A stretch of DNA of 64,000 nt from Octopus bimaculoides. Taxonomy: Eukaryota. The stretch covers positions 75,019,000-75,082,999 of the forward strand of contig NC_068982.1 of assembly GCF_001194135.2 (NCBI RefSeq), in the 5' to 3' direction. How positions within the stretch are numbered: the first letter of the stretch is position 1; every line of letters begins with the position of its first letter. Of this stretch, positions 13,831-27,572 are shown piece after piece. The notes beneath the pieces are model-generated. The model worked only from the letters and a program-made list of their open reading frames with translations. It did no database searches and was not told where the DNA came from. A program made the position numbers and the translations under genes.

Positions 13831-14189
13831 TGATTGTCTGGGGAGCAAAATTGGTAGTAGGTTGTCACAAATTCTGAACAACTTAAAATTTCTTAATCCA
13901 ACTAAAAGAACAAAACCTTAGTAATTAACAGAGCAGGGCAAATCCTTCCCAGAACAGAGGAAAATGGACAAGACTGGAGTGCAGTGAAGAAGACAAGAAG
14001 AGACTATGTGTGGTGTTTAGGACTTATCAAATAATTGAATATCATTTTACATTTTAACAAGCAATACATTTACTTGGTGATACACATGACAACAATACTA
14101 TAGATTTGTTGTTAGAAAGTTAATCATAATTTTTACAACTATATTTTTCAATTGGTGTAAGGAAGGAGATGGCTGGAGGAATTTGGAGA

Positions 14190-14680
14190 ATAAATTGATG
14201 ACAGAGACACATAATGTACGGCTGGGAGAAGTGGGTGCACAGTGTAGGGCTAGAAGTGGCTCCACATTGTATGACTTAGAGAAGGTATACATTGTAGGGC
14301 TATAAAAGGACTAAGAGAAGGAAGTGCAAATTGTAGGGCTGGAAGGAGGGAGTGCACAATGTAAGAATGAAAGAAGAGGGTGCATGTTATAGAGCTGAGA
14401 GAAGGAGTTGTGCAGTGTAGGGCTATGAGGAGGTAATGTACATTGTATCATTTGGAGAAGGTATACAATGCATGGCTAGGAAAAAAGGGCTCACACTGTA
14501 TGACATAGAGAAAGAAGTGCACATTGTAGGGGTGGAAAAAGGGAGTGCACAATTTATAGAGTTGAGAGGAAGGGGTGCATATTGTAGGGTTAGAGAGGGG
14601 GTTGTGCAATGTAGGGAAGATGATATATTAATACACTGTAGAATTAGGAGAAGAGGGTCCACATTATAGAACTGGATTAG
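14190..14680 (+). repeat. Degenerate minisatellite of about 30-33 bp
   Basis: Recurring g(g/a)gtgcacattgtagggct(a/g)gaag-like units, more than 10 copies. Confidence 0.75.
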
Positions 14681-17600
14681 GTTGCTGAATATCCTGGGAC
14701 CAACCCTAATACCAGTAATACATTGTGGTCTTTTCAACTAACTACACTACTTATCTAATAATCTGTGACTTCATGCCTAAATTAGAAATTGATCAATAAT
14801 TTGTGAGTGTCATCTTTTTATCAATAACTGATATCAAAAACAGACACATGTAAATATTTTGTGCCACCAACATATATTTTTCCATTTTATGAAAGAACAC
14901 TCCTCTCCCTACTGAATATGGTTGTATTTTTGGAATGGTCTTCTTTTATCAATAAACGAGAAGAAAAACAAGATGTGTGCACCAAAGAAACTATGAGGAA
15001 GTTATCAATAAGTTCAGTTTTTAAAGAGCAAAGGAATCGATGAAACTGTCTGTGGATTTCCTGTTGGTCATCAGTTTCCAAAGAGGATAACAATCTTACC
15101 ACTGTTGAGAGATATAACAGAGAGCAGTAAAGAAAACAGCACACACACACACACACAAGAATATACACAAACATGAATATACACAAATATACACAAACAC
15201 CCATACACAAACAAAGGGCACCCAAATAAACACACACAAATGCAAGAGCAGACACACTCATAAAAGAACACATGCATAAAAGTACACACACACACACACT
15301 CATATACACACAAAAACTGCAAAAGCAAACACACATACACATTCACAACCACACACAAAAGAGCATGCACACACACACTCACACACACAAACACATAAGA
15401 GAAGGCTAAACAAACACAGACAAACAAGCCAATGAGGAATCTTCAATGTGGTTATTTAACTTGCTAGAAATAAAGCGGAATCTCCCTCTGTCTGAAACAA
15501 AGAAGGACAAATTGAATAAGGTGGTCCACTTCTTGCAAAAAAAAAAAAAAAATCAAACAGGATGGCCACAATTGAAATGCATTTGATTATAAATTTGTTC
15601 TATCCAGGCTGCTCTACAGCTAAATAACAAAAGCAACACAGACAGACCCACATGTTTCTCAAAATTTACTTGGCAGAATCGTTAGCATGCCAGGCAGAAT
15701 GCTTCATAGCATTTTGTCTGTCTTTATATTCTGAGTTCAAATTCTGCAGAGGTCATTAAAATAAGTACCAGTCAATTTAATTAACTTGGCCCTTCCCTTG
15801 AAATTGGTGGCCCTGTGCCAAAATCTGAAATCAATATTACCCCTGATGTACCTATGCAACCTTTCCTCTTTATGGCTCTTTTACAGTTCACTCTTCCCTC
15901 TTTTTATCTTTTATTTTATGTATACTGCATGTATTTCTAGCTTTCATTGCTACCTTTCTTTACTTAACTTATATACTTGCTTTTTGTCCCTTCTTTTAGC
16001 CTTTTCTGATGAACCCCAGAGTTTTTTCATGGAACCCATGGGTTCTATGGAACTTGGTTTCACACATCCTTACCTAGACTATACTTTGTGTATGGGAACT
16101 GGAGCTTTTGACCTTTCTGCCATTGATAGAATATGTATATTTGTGTTAGTTGTATAGAATAAAAATGGTAAAATGAAGAACATGATGAAATTGAATTAAA
16201 AAGAGATAAAGAAATGAATGTTAACTAATGGGTAGAACTGACTGTAATGATGGAAATGTAAAGTGTAGAGTTGGAAGAAGAAAACAATGAAGATGAGGAA
16301 GAGGTGGAAGATGAGTGGAAAATATGAAAAGAATAAAAGAAAAGACAGAAGGAAAGATCACAAAAAGGTAAGCGTAAAAACAAATATTTTTAAATGAATA
16401 ACAAAAAAACAATAAATGAACAAACAAGAAAAAAGAATTTAGAGAATGGAAAACAAGTAAAGAAGAGAGTGTGATGAAAGGAAAGAGAAAAAAAGGGGAG
16501 GATGAATAACCAAGAAGACCTGAGAGAAAGAGAAAGCAAAAAAAAGAAAGGGAACTAATGAAAAATGGAAAAAGCAGAATGGAGGGGAGGGGAAGGGATT
16601 GGGATAGGAACAAAAGAACAGGTTAGTGTTTATATTTTTATTTTTAATTAAAAATTTAAAATTTAAACAAAAAAATATGAAAGATGTTGAATTAAGAATT
16701 AATTGAAAAGACAAAACACTAATCAGGAAGTGAAAAAGTTTTTCAATGATTTATATTCCATATTGGAAACATGGCATTGGGTTGGAATGAGTTTTGATTG
16801 CATCATAATCATCATCATCATCATTATTATCATCATTCTAACATCCACTTTTCCATACTTGCAAGGCTCAGACAGAATTCATTGAGGCAGATTTTCTACA
16901 TCTGGATGCTCTTCTTGTTACCAACCCTCACTTGTTTCCAAGCAAAGTAATATACCCCTTGCTCCTTCAGACACAAACAGCTCAATGGGTTTGGTGTGTG
17001 TGTCTTTATAGATTTCATTTACTCAATTCACTGGTTAGCCCAGGCTATAGTAGAAGATACTTGCCGAAGGAACCTATATACCATCATCGTAATTTTTAAC
17101 ATTCGTTTCCTATATTGGCATGGATTGGATGGTTTGACAAAATCCAACAGGTCAGAGGACTGTGATGGTGGTGGTGGTGGTGGTGGTGGTGGTGATGTTT
17201 ATGGAAATCAACAATGGAACAACTACAGTAGGTTTGAACTCAGGAGGGACAGCAATACTCATAACCATTTACAGGACCTCGAAGACTGGTGCTGAGGGAG
17301 AAAGTTATCCTCAGGGTTCCACTAGAGGTAGCCAAGGGAACAAGGTGGTCATGTAAAACCAAATGACAGATTAATTCAACCACTCCAGTAGGCCATGGTG
17401 GGATTTGAACTCAGAACACAAACAGCCAGATCAAACACCACAAGGTATCGGTCTGATTTTCTTACAATTTCACAATTCACCACTCTGGATTAGTTCATTT
17501 TTTTTTGTTTTCTTATATATATAGAAACCCCTAAAGGATGGAAGGCACTGGATGAGTTGATTGTCCAATACCCTTTTTTTTTTCAACCATTTGCTTCACT

Positions 17601-17689
17601 TCTACAACTCTTCTGAATAGGAAGCAGTGGTGGTGGTGGTGGTGGTGGTGGCAGCAGCAGTAATGGCTAAACATTTTGCCCAGTATGCT

Positions 17690-18275
17690 AACGATTCTGC
17701 TAGCTCATCACCTAATAATAATAACAATGATAATAGCTTCAAATTTTGGCACAAGGCCAGCAATTTCAGAGGATTTCAGATTACGTCAACCCTAGTGCTT
17801 AACTGGTCCTTATTTTATCAATCCCTGAAAGGATGAAAGGCAAAGTTAACCCTGACAGAATTTGAACTGAAATAATAATAATAATAATAATTTCAAATAT
17901 TGGCACAAAGCCAGTAACTACGGGGGAGGGAGTAAGTTGATTACATTGACTACAGTGTTCAACTGGTATTTATTCTATTGACCCTGAAAGGATGAATAGC
18001 AAAGTCCACCTTGACAGAATTTGAACTTGGAACATGAGGATGGATGAGATGCCACTAAGCATTTTGTCCAGTGCATTAATAATTCTGAAATTTTGGGGGC
18101 GGGGCAAGTTGATTACATTTCCCCAAGTGTTTCACTGGCATTTAATTTATCGACCTGAAAGGATGAAAGGCAAAGTTGACCTCAGTGGAATTTGAACTCA
18201 GAACATAAAGATGGACAAAATGCCGCAAAGCATTTTGCCTGGTGCACAAAAATTCTACCAGCTCACCATCTTAAT
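17690..18275 (-). mobile_element. Head-to-tail array of three Nin-like SINE copies
   Basis: Three successive gaaaggatgaa(a)ggcaaagt...gaatttgaact units with (AAT)n spacers. Confidence 0.75.
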
Positions 18276-18977
18276 AATAACAACAACAACAACAACAACA
18301 ATAATGATGATGGTGAGCTTATTGTATGCAGTGCTTAGGTGCACCACATCTCATTGGAAAAGGTTAAAAGAAGGGACATAAAGCAGGCATATAAGTTGAG
18401 TAAAGAAAGACAACAATGAAAGCTCGATGTACATGTGCCGTACACAGAATAAGAATTAAAAAGACAGAAAACTGAACAATAAAATGTAGCAGCAGTAATA
18501 GCAGTAGTTGTAAAAGACAAGAAAATGCACCAAATGACAAAGAGCGTAAATTGAGTGCATTAGCAATGCACTATATAGTGCAGCAACAGTCAATATATTA
18601 GACAACAAGCTGCTGTTTCCAAATCTATTGCAAAACCTCAAATCTCAAGAATCTTGAAGGAGAGAAACTTATGCATTCAATGAAATGCATAGATATATAA
18701 ATTAGCAGTACAGCTATGAATATATGTATGTACAAGGAAGCTTGCAATTACACACTGTAACCTTTACATTGAGGTCGCCAACTGATAAACAGTTCATGTA
18801 TGTGTATATATATAGGCATACACATATATAAGAATTATGTATGTATATGCACATAATAGCAAGTATTTTCACATACACATATCCGTCTGGGTGCATAGCC
18901 AAATAGAAATCAATGCTATGTATATATGAAGCATATATACATACAGACACACACATTTGTAAGTATGAATCTATGTC

Positions 18978-19012
<35 letters not shown>

Positions 19013-19362
19013 AAATTAATTGTGGCCAGACATAGCTTCTTTTTTAACTTGTCACCCTCTGGAATACTATGTACATACATGTATGTATGTATCTGTGTGT
19101 GTATACATGCACACATATATGTACACATATATATTTACATACAGTTATATGTACATACACAGATACATGCAGAAATACACACACATATAAATTAAAATAT
19201 CCTTTGTATTATGGAAGTGATATATTCCTGAAAATCTTGCCGTAATGCAAAATTTCGTAATGCGAAATTAATTTTCCAATTGATTTTTATATTATATAAT
19301 TATAAGATGTATTTTCATGGATTTTGGGAGAAAAACGGGAAAAAAACCCGAAAGCAACTTCA

Positions 19363-19408
<46 letters not shown>

Positions 19409-20231
19409 GTATGTATACACACACACATTAGTGGTAACAAATAGAAGAAATATATTCCAATAACAGAGGATAGAGTTAAATAATTTATTAAGTAAGATAC
19501 TGTCAGGATGACATGTTGGTACCTGAGGTTTCTTACTAACAGAAAAAAATCTTGACTCATTCAATCAGCTGACAAAATCTGACAACCAAATATTATTGGT
19601 TGAATGACTGCAATAGATTTTTTTCCAAGCTTTTCTGCAAATAGAAAACCTTGGGTGCCAACATGTTATATCTATATATATATAAATATATATATATATA
19701 AGTTCGTTTACAGGAAACGTTTTTGAATATGCATATAAAAGCCTCTATTTTATTATGCTAGCTACAGAATCATGATACCAACTGGCAATAGCAGTTTTAT
19801 AGGGTTGCACCAAGCCGCGCTGATATAATGTAGGATAAATATAGTAATAATAATAATAATCCATGGATGGAATTTATAAATATTTTAATGCATCACTATG
19901 TGCATTCCCACAAATCATGTTTCTTAGGATCATAGTTTGTATTCCTGGGATGATTACAGTGTGGTTCATAGTACAACATCATTGTTTCAATGTCTGCATC
20001 TCTATTCTTGCATGGGTCAGATAGAATTTGTTGAGGTAGATTTTCTACAGTCTTATGTCCTTCCTGTTGCCAACCCTCAACTGTTTCCAAGCCAGGTAAT
20101 ATTTTTCTATGACCAGACATGTTTCCCAATGAGGAGTGGAAAGAAACAACATCACCTGTATGACAGTGATCACGTGATGTCAAGACAAGGTTACACACAA
20201 AAACACACACACACTCTCTCCCTCACACCTG

Positions 20232-20264
<33 letters not shown>

Positions 20265-20409
20265 ATGCGTGAGTGTGGCTGAATACAATTTGGATAAAAA
20301 TCTTGTAGTATGTTATGCAAAGCTTGTCCACACTTATTTGCAAAACCTTTGATGGGTAATATTGATTACACAATATGGTAATTATAACATTGCACTAATG
20401 TATGATGTC

Positions 20410-20523
20410 AAAGAGCGTAGGCTCGAAACGTAAAAGACTTTCTCACTTCCCAAGCATTAAACTAATACATCTGTTTGTTGTTTACACACCCGTTTTTGTC
20501 TTATGTTTTTTTTTTGTAAATTC

Positions 20524-20560
<37 letters not shown>
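20410..20560 (+). mobile_element. 5'-truncated copy of the hammerhead-like short repeat
   Basis: aagagcgtaggctcgaaacgtaaaagac...ctaatacatctgtttgttg, same family as 21843 and 57921; the CUGUUGA core is missing. Confidence 0.7.
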
Positions 20561-20562
<2 letters not shown>

Positions 20563-21093
20563 GCACGCACGCNNNNNNNNNNNNNNNNNNNNNNNNNNNN
20601 NNNNNNNNNNNNNNNNNNNNNNNNNNNNNNNNNNNNNNNNNNNNNNNNNNNNNNNNNNNNNNNNNNNNNNNNNNNNNNNNNNNNNNNNNNNNNNNNNNNN
20701 NNNNNNNNNNNNNNNNNNNNNNNNNNNNNNNNNNNNNNNNNNNNNNNNNNNNNNNNNNNNNNNNNNNNNNNNNNNNNNNNNNNNNNNNNNNNNNNNNNNN
20801 NNNNNNNNNNNNNNNNNNNNNNNNNNNNNNNNNNNNNNNNNNNNNNNNNNNNNNNNNNNNNNNNNNNNNNNNNNNNNNNNNNNNNNNNNNNNNNNNNNNN
20901 NNNNNNNNNNNNNNNNNNNNNNNNNNNNNNNNNNNNNNNNNNNNNNNNNNNNNNNNNNNNNNNNNNNNNNNNNNNNNNNNNNNNNNNNNNNNNNNNNNNN
21001 NNNNNNNNNNNNNNNNNNNNNNNNNNNNNNNNNNNNNNNNNNNNNNNNNNNNNNNNNNNNNNNNNNNNNNNNNAAAGACGGTCTCTATCTTTA

Positions 21094-21099
<6 letters not shown>

Positions 21100-21124
<25 letters not shown>

Positions 21125-21560
21125 GTTTAATGTTTGCTTTCAATGATGGCATGGGTTGGACAGTTTGACTGAGGAGTGACAAGCCAGGAGGCTGCACCAG
21201 GCTCCAATCTGATCTGATAAAGTTTCTACAGTCGGATACCTTTCCTAACGCCAACCACTCAGAGAGGGTAGTGGTTGTTTTTTACATCCCACACCAGCAC
21301 GGGTGCCAGTCAGGTGGAACTGGCATCGACCACACTCAAATGGTGCTTTTTATGTGCCACCTGCATGGGTGCCAGTCATCCGGCACTGGCATCAGCCACA
21401 ACTATGATTTCACTTGGCTCAACAGGTCTTCTCAAGCACATGATTGAAGGGGTACTTTTAAACAGGCCAATTATGTGACACTGGCATCAGCCACGGCTAT
21501 GATCTCACTTGGTTTGATGGTCTTCTCAAGCACAGCCTATTTCCAAAGGTCTTGGTCACT
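21100..21560 (-). mobile_element. RTE-tail SINE-like repeat with internal subrepeats and (GAT)n tail
   Basis: Contains ctacagctggatgcccttcctaacgccaacc-like sequence. Younger copies at 39478-40030 (-), 41735-41980 (+) and 54060-54400 (+). Confidence 0.75.
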
Positions 21561-21799
21561 TGTCATTGCACACCACATCTGATGCTTCTTATGTCCAACT
21601 TTTCTCTCAGGGTGCTTACACTCTGTTGTGTATGCACACTGACATTACACTTCCAGCGGAGCATACAAGCTTAATTTCTTTCAAGCCTACGCATGTCCCT
21701 AGCAGTCACAGCCCATGTTTCACTGCCGTGTAGCAATGTTGTTTGCACACAGGCATCATATAGTCTACCTTACACTATATATATATATTCGTGTTCGTG

Positions 21800-21842
<43 letters not shown>

Positions 21843-21844
<2 letters not shown>

Positions 21845-22050
21845 GGTATTCACCATGATAGATCGCTAACCACTACACACATTTTTTTTCTCTCCTCGTT
21901 TCTCGTTTCTTTCTGTGTTTCTTTCTGTAGAAGAGCATAGGCTTGAAACATTAAAGACTTTTTCAATTCCCAAGCGTTATACTAATACATCTGTTTGTTT
22001 TTTACACTACCTGTCTTCGTCTTTTGTTTTTTTGTGAATTCTCCCTATAT
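21843..22050 (+). mobile_element. Short (TA)n-flanked repeat carrying a minimal hammerhead-like fold
   Basis: tcttt CTGTAGA a gagc atag gctt GAAA ca tt aaaga at 21920-21957; flanks homologous to 58410-58600 (-). Confidence 0.65.
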
Positions 22051-22222
22051 ATGTATGTATGCATACATATACATTCCTTTATTCTTTTACTTGTTTCAGT
22101 CATTTGACTGTGGCCATGCTGGAGCACTGCCTTAAAAGGATTTTTTAGTTACAAGGATGTAAACACACCATCATCAGTTGTCAAACAATAGTGGGAGGAC
22201 AAACAGACACAATGATACACAC

Positions 22223-22287
<65 letters not shown>

Positions 22288-23477
22288 CACACACACATAC
22301 ATACATACAATGGGCTTCTTTCAGTTTCCGTTTTCTAAATCCACTCACAATGTTCTGGTCAGCTTGAGTAGAAGGCACTTGACCAAGGTGTCCATGCAGT
22401 GGGACTGAACCCGGAACCATGTTGTTGAGAAGCAAGTTTCTTACCACACTGCTACGCCTGATGCATACATATATATCATTAGCTCCCATTGTGAATAACA
22501 TGTGAGCCTTCAATAACAGTCATGCAGGTGTGTAACGCAGACTATGAACATCCAGCAACATCCTTTACCTGTTGTACTTGCACCTGACTTTATTTACACA
22601 GAATCTGTTCCAAAAAGGAATAAGTTTGTGAAGAGATTGCTCCAACCCTCACTATCTCACCCTCTTATATATACGCTCACTAAACTGTCACACAGTGTGA
22701 TGCACATCAGACACAAAAAGATGCATGCTAACAAAGGTAGGGATGCAAAACCCAGCAGTTTCACAACATATGTGAAAGCTCTCCTTGCTGCTGAAGAAGA
22801 TGTAGTAGTGGTGGTGGTGGTGGTGGTGGTGGTGGTGGTGGTGGTGGTGGTAGTACTAGTAGTAGTAGTAGTAGCACCAGCAGCAGCAGCAGCTGAAAAT
22901 GCTGGTAGCAATGATAACAATGGTGATGATGATGATCATCATCATCATAATCATCATCATTATTTAACATCCATTTTCCATGATGGCTTGGATAGGATAG
23001 TTTGACAGGAGCTGGCAAGCTAGAGAGCGCTCCAGGTTCCCTTGTCTACTTTGGTATGGTTTCTACAGCTGGATACCCTTCCTAACACCAGCCATTTTAC
23101 AGATTGTACTGTGACACCACTGGTGCTTTTTACATGGCACCAGCACCAGTAGGGTCACCAAGTAACTTTCAAGACAAAGACATCTCAGCTAAGAGAAGGA
23201 GTGGTATTGAGGGAAGTAGCTTTGTACCAGTTGAGAGGTTTAAGTATAATAGAGGGATAGAGATAGGTGTCTTACTATAGAGGAGATACATGGCTACTCC
23301 AGTAGAAAAGAGAAGGAGAGGAAGGAGAGATAGAGTTAGAGAGAAAGATAGTGAGTCAGACAGAGTGAGAGAGAATGAGAAATAGATGATGTTGGAGATG
23401 TACTGCAACCTGCCCACAGAGCATTGTGGAGATGTTTCATAAGCATGTTAGATGATTACTACTACTACTACTACTAC

Positions 23478-24444
23478 TACTACAAAAGCAGCAAGCTGTC
23501 AGAATTGCTAGCACATCAGACAAAATGCTTAGTGGCATCTCTTCTGTCTCTATGTTTTGAGTTCAAATTCTGCCATGGTTGACTTTGCCTTTCATTCTTT
23601 TAGGGTTGATAAACTAAGTCAATGTAATCAATTTACACCCACCTCCAAAATTGCTGGCCTCATGCCAAACTTTGAAATCATTATTATTATTATGATTATT
23701 ATTATTATTAAGGCAGCTAGATGGCAGAATCATTAGCACACCAGCTTAGTGGCATTTCGTCAATCTTAACATCCTGAGTTTGTCTTCGCCTTTCATTCTT
23801 TCGAATGTCAATAAAATAATTACCAGTCTACTAACGATTCCAGTGTGCTAACGATTCCATTAACAACCTTGCCTGGACTTGTACCTCGGAAGATAACTTT
23901 CTAGGTGCAATATCGTGGTCATTCTTGACTGAAGGGGGTCTTTACCCTTTTTCTAGTATTAAGGTGGCAAGCTGACTGAATTGTCAGCATGTTGGACAAC
24001 ATAATAGGTGGCATTTTTCCTGGCTTTACATTCTGAGTTCAAATTCTGCAAAAACTGACTTTTTCTCTCATCTTTTTGGGGTGGGATGGGGGGAGGGGTC
24101 AATGAAATAAGTACCAGTTGAGTACTGAGATCAATGTAATCAATTAGCCCCTTGAGCACAGAGATCAATGTAACAAACAAGGCCCTTCCTCCAAAATTTC
24201 AGGCCTTGTACCTATAACAGAAAGGAATCGTTAGCACACTGGATGAAATGCTTAGACCGCTAAGCATTTCGCCCATTATTACATTCTGAGTTCAAATTCC
24301 ACTGAGGTTGACTTTGCCTTTCAGCCTTTTGGGGGCTGATAGACCAAGTACCAGTGAAACACTGGGGTCGATGTAATTGACTTATCCCCTCTCCAAAAAT
24401 GGCTGCCCTTGTGATAAAATTTGAAACCATTATTATTATTATTA

Positions 24445-24483
<39 letters not shown>

Positions 24484-25060
24484 GAATGCTCAAAACCGGG
24501 CAAGATGGTGAGATGGTGTGAGGGCGGTTGCTATGGCAACGAGGTAGATCCAGCCACCACCATTAATGGGTTCAAAACCCAGATTCAAAATGATGGATGA
24601 TGATGAAGATGGTGAGCTAGCAGAATCATTAGCATGCTGGACAAAATGCTTGGCAACATTTCATCAATCTTCACATTCTGAGTTCAAATTCCACCGAGGT
24701 CAACTTTGCCTTTCATGCTTTCAGGGTCGATAAATTAAGTACCAGTAGAGTACTGGGGGGTCAATGTAATCGACTTAATCCATTCCCCCAAATTTGAGGC
24801 CTTGTGCTTCCAGGAGAAAGGATTACTATTATTATTATTATTAAGACAACAAGCTGGAAGATTCGTTAGCGTACTGGACAAAATGCTTACCGGTATTTCA
24901 CCCATTGATATGTTCTGAGTTCAAATTCCGCCTAAGTCGACTTTATCTTTCATTCTTTTGGGGTCGATAAAATAAGTACCAGTTAAAAACTAGGGTCGAT
25001 GTAATCAACTCATCCCCACCCCCAAAATAGCTGCTCTTGTGGCAAAATTTGAAATCATTA
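23478..25060. mobile_element. Cluster of about six Nin-like SINE copies separated by (ATT)n
   Basis: Copies at about 23478, 23711, 23960, 24610 and 24845 (+) and 24170-24430 (-). Confidence 0.75.
24522..24540. promoter_or_regulatory. RFX X-box-like palindrome with adjacent GC box
   Basis: gttgctatggcaac (24527-24540) has one mismatch to GTTGCCATGGCAAC; gggcgg overlaps its 5' end. Confidence 0.4.
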
Positions 25061-26610
25061 TTATTATTATTATTATTGTTCACACATACAAATAAATACT
25101 TAAAAGCGGATATTTTACTTTCCTGGTTATTCATTTACTTCTGGGATTTTTTGTTTTGTTTTGGGTTCCTTTTTTTTTTGTTTATTTGTTTTTAACCTTT
25201 TACACCTTTGCTTCATTTGCATAATGGTTAATGGCAGCAATATTGCATATTAAGTTGCCAGTCAGTTTTGATCTGTTTCTTCCATCACTTCCTCCAATTT
25301 CACCAAAGCACTACACAGACACACAAAAACACCACAGGGTCAAAGGTCAGCCCACCTCTCTCTCTTGCTTTCTCATGTACAAACACATACAACTACTCAT
25401 ATATATATACATATATATATATACACACACACACACATACATACCTACATACATACACATGCTTACATATATATATATGCATTATATACATCATATGCCT
25501 TAAACTGCCAGAATGATGCCTGTAGCTATTTATCTTGATCTCCCAACTAATAATTCATTGATGAAGCTAGATCTCCCATTAATATTGAAAAGGCAATACA
25601 ATAACTACAAGAACAACATCAACATGTTTCTCAGCTAAATCAATTAGCCTATAAATTGCCTTGCTCTCCACGTTAGGCCCCTGAATTGATTTCCTAAGTC
25701 TTCTATCTACTTATAGAAATTTCTAGAACCAAACAGAAGCAAAGAAAACCTCTCTCTCTCTCTCTCATACATACACACACATGCATGCACACACACACAC
25801 ACACATGTATTTCCCTTTCTATTTATTATTTATTTTTGTTTGATATTCAAAGATGCTATGGTCAAGTTTAAAAGCTACTAAGCCACGAGTTCCAGGATTA
25901 AGGGTTTGAAATCCTACAGAAACAAGGATTGTAACCCCTTGTTCAATGGAACAAGGGATTACAATAATAGGTCACAACAGGTATGGGCAAACCTTTTTCA
26001 AGAAGTGGGCTACATGAAACATGGCTCATCATCAAGCAGGCCACGCTACTAAAAAAAGTTCAAGATGATTTATCATTAGGCATGTTATTCAGTAAGTCCT
26101 GTGAGCTGTGTGTGGTTACAAGTTTAATCCTGGCTGTCAGACAAGTTCAACCCTTTTGATACCAACCTGCTTGTGATCTCTCTTGATTTTATGATATAAA
26201 CTTCATGCTTTAAAGTGTTCTCAGTTAGAACTTCTCATCAAAATTCAATGTTAATTTATGTTCCAAAGACAAGCTTAATGAGGACAAAATTATTTTACTA
26301 AATTGTTGTTTTCAGAATCAATTGAAACAAAAGCAGTGTGTTTCAACAGAAATATGGGTGGATTTTATGTGCTGATGCCACATAAAAAGCACCCAGTACA
26401 CTCTGTAAAGTGGTTGGCATTAGAAAGGGCATTTAGCCATAGAAACCATGCCATAGCAGACAATGGAGCCTGGTGCAGATCTATAGCTTACCAGCACCTG
26501 TCAAACCATCCAACCCATGCCAACATGGAAGACGGACATTAAATAATAACTTGCTCTTTTCACTGTACACGTACAAGGCCTGTCTACAACACATCTAAAA
26601 TACATTTTCA

Positions 26611-26975
26611 TTGTTGTTGGCACTCCATCGCTTACGACGTCGAGGGTTCCAGTTGATCCGATCAACGGAACAGCCTGCTCGTAAAATTAACGTGCAAGTG
26701 GCTGAGCACTCCACAGACACGTGTATCCTTTACGTAGTTCTCAGGGATATTCAGCGTGACAAGGCTGACCCTTTGAATTACAGGCACAACAGAAACAAGT
26801 AGTAAGAGTGAGAGAAAGTTGTGGTCAAAGAGTACAGCAGGGTTCACCACCATCCCCTGCCGGAGCCTCGTGGAGCTTAAGGTGTTTTCGCTCAATAAAC
26901 ACTCACAATGCCCGGTCTGGGAATCGAAACCGCGATCCTATGACCGCGAGTCCGCTGCCCTAAGCACTGGGCCAT
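26611..26975 (-). mobile_element. Young tRNA-derived SINE, CpG-rich
   Basis: Reverse-complement homologue of 37232-37600, with (AAC)n tail. Confidence 0.85.
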
Positions 26976-27540
26976 TTTCATACACAGATGACATCGCACA
27001 TTGTCTTCTAGACACAACTGCACATGACTATTCCAATGCTACATAAATCCCCTAAAAACTTGGCTTTACCACAGCAACCAACATAAAATAACACCAAATT
27101 TATGGTCACCTTTCTCACCAGCAACACCAGGGAACAGTAAATACAACTAATGATCACACTTGATGTAGAGCAGAAGGACAAAGTCTCACACTGTCTCAAT
27201 TTTCAGTAGGCAAACAGACCACAGCAGTTATATGATAAGAAGCAGTTATTTGATAAGAATGCTTAAACACAGACTTTACACTGTTGACAGTATTTCTCTT
27301 CCATGTGTGTGTTTTATACTTCTTTAAGCTACAATGATGCGAGAATGATTTAATACAAACATCACATTTATATGGTTGCTCTCCAAAATGATCAACTCTA
27401 AACTTGCTTTACAATCATGTGGTTTTGGGTTCAGTTCCATGCATGGCACCTTGGGCAAGGCGTCTTTTATTATAACCTCAGACCAACCAATGTTCTGCGA
27501 GTGGATTTGGTAGAAGGAGACTGAAAGAAGCTCGACATGT

Positions 27541-27572
<32 letters not shown>

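Noticed and set aside
14887-15112. Open minus-strand frame RLLSSLETDDQQEIHRQFHRFL...
   Set aside because: No convincing donor and no recognisable homology.
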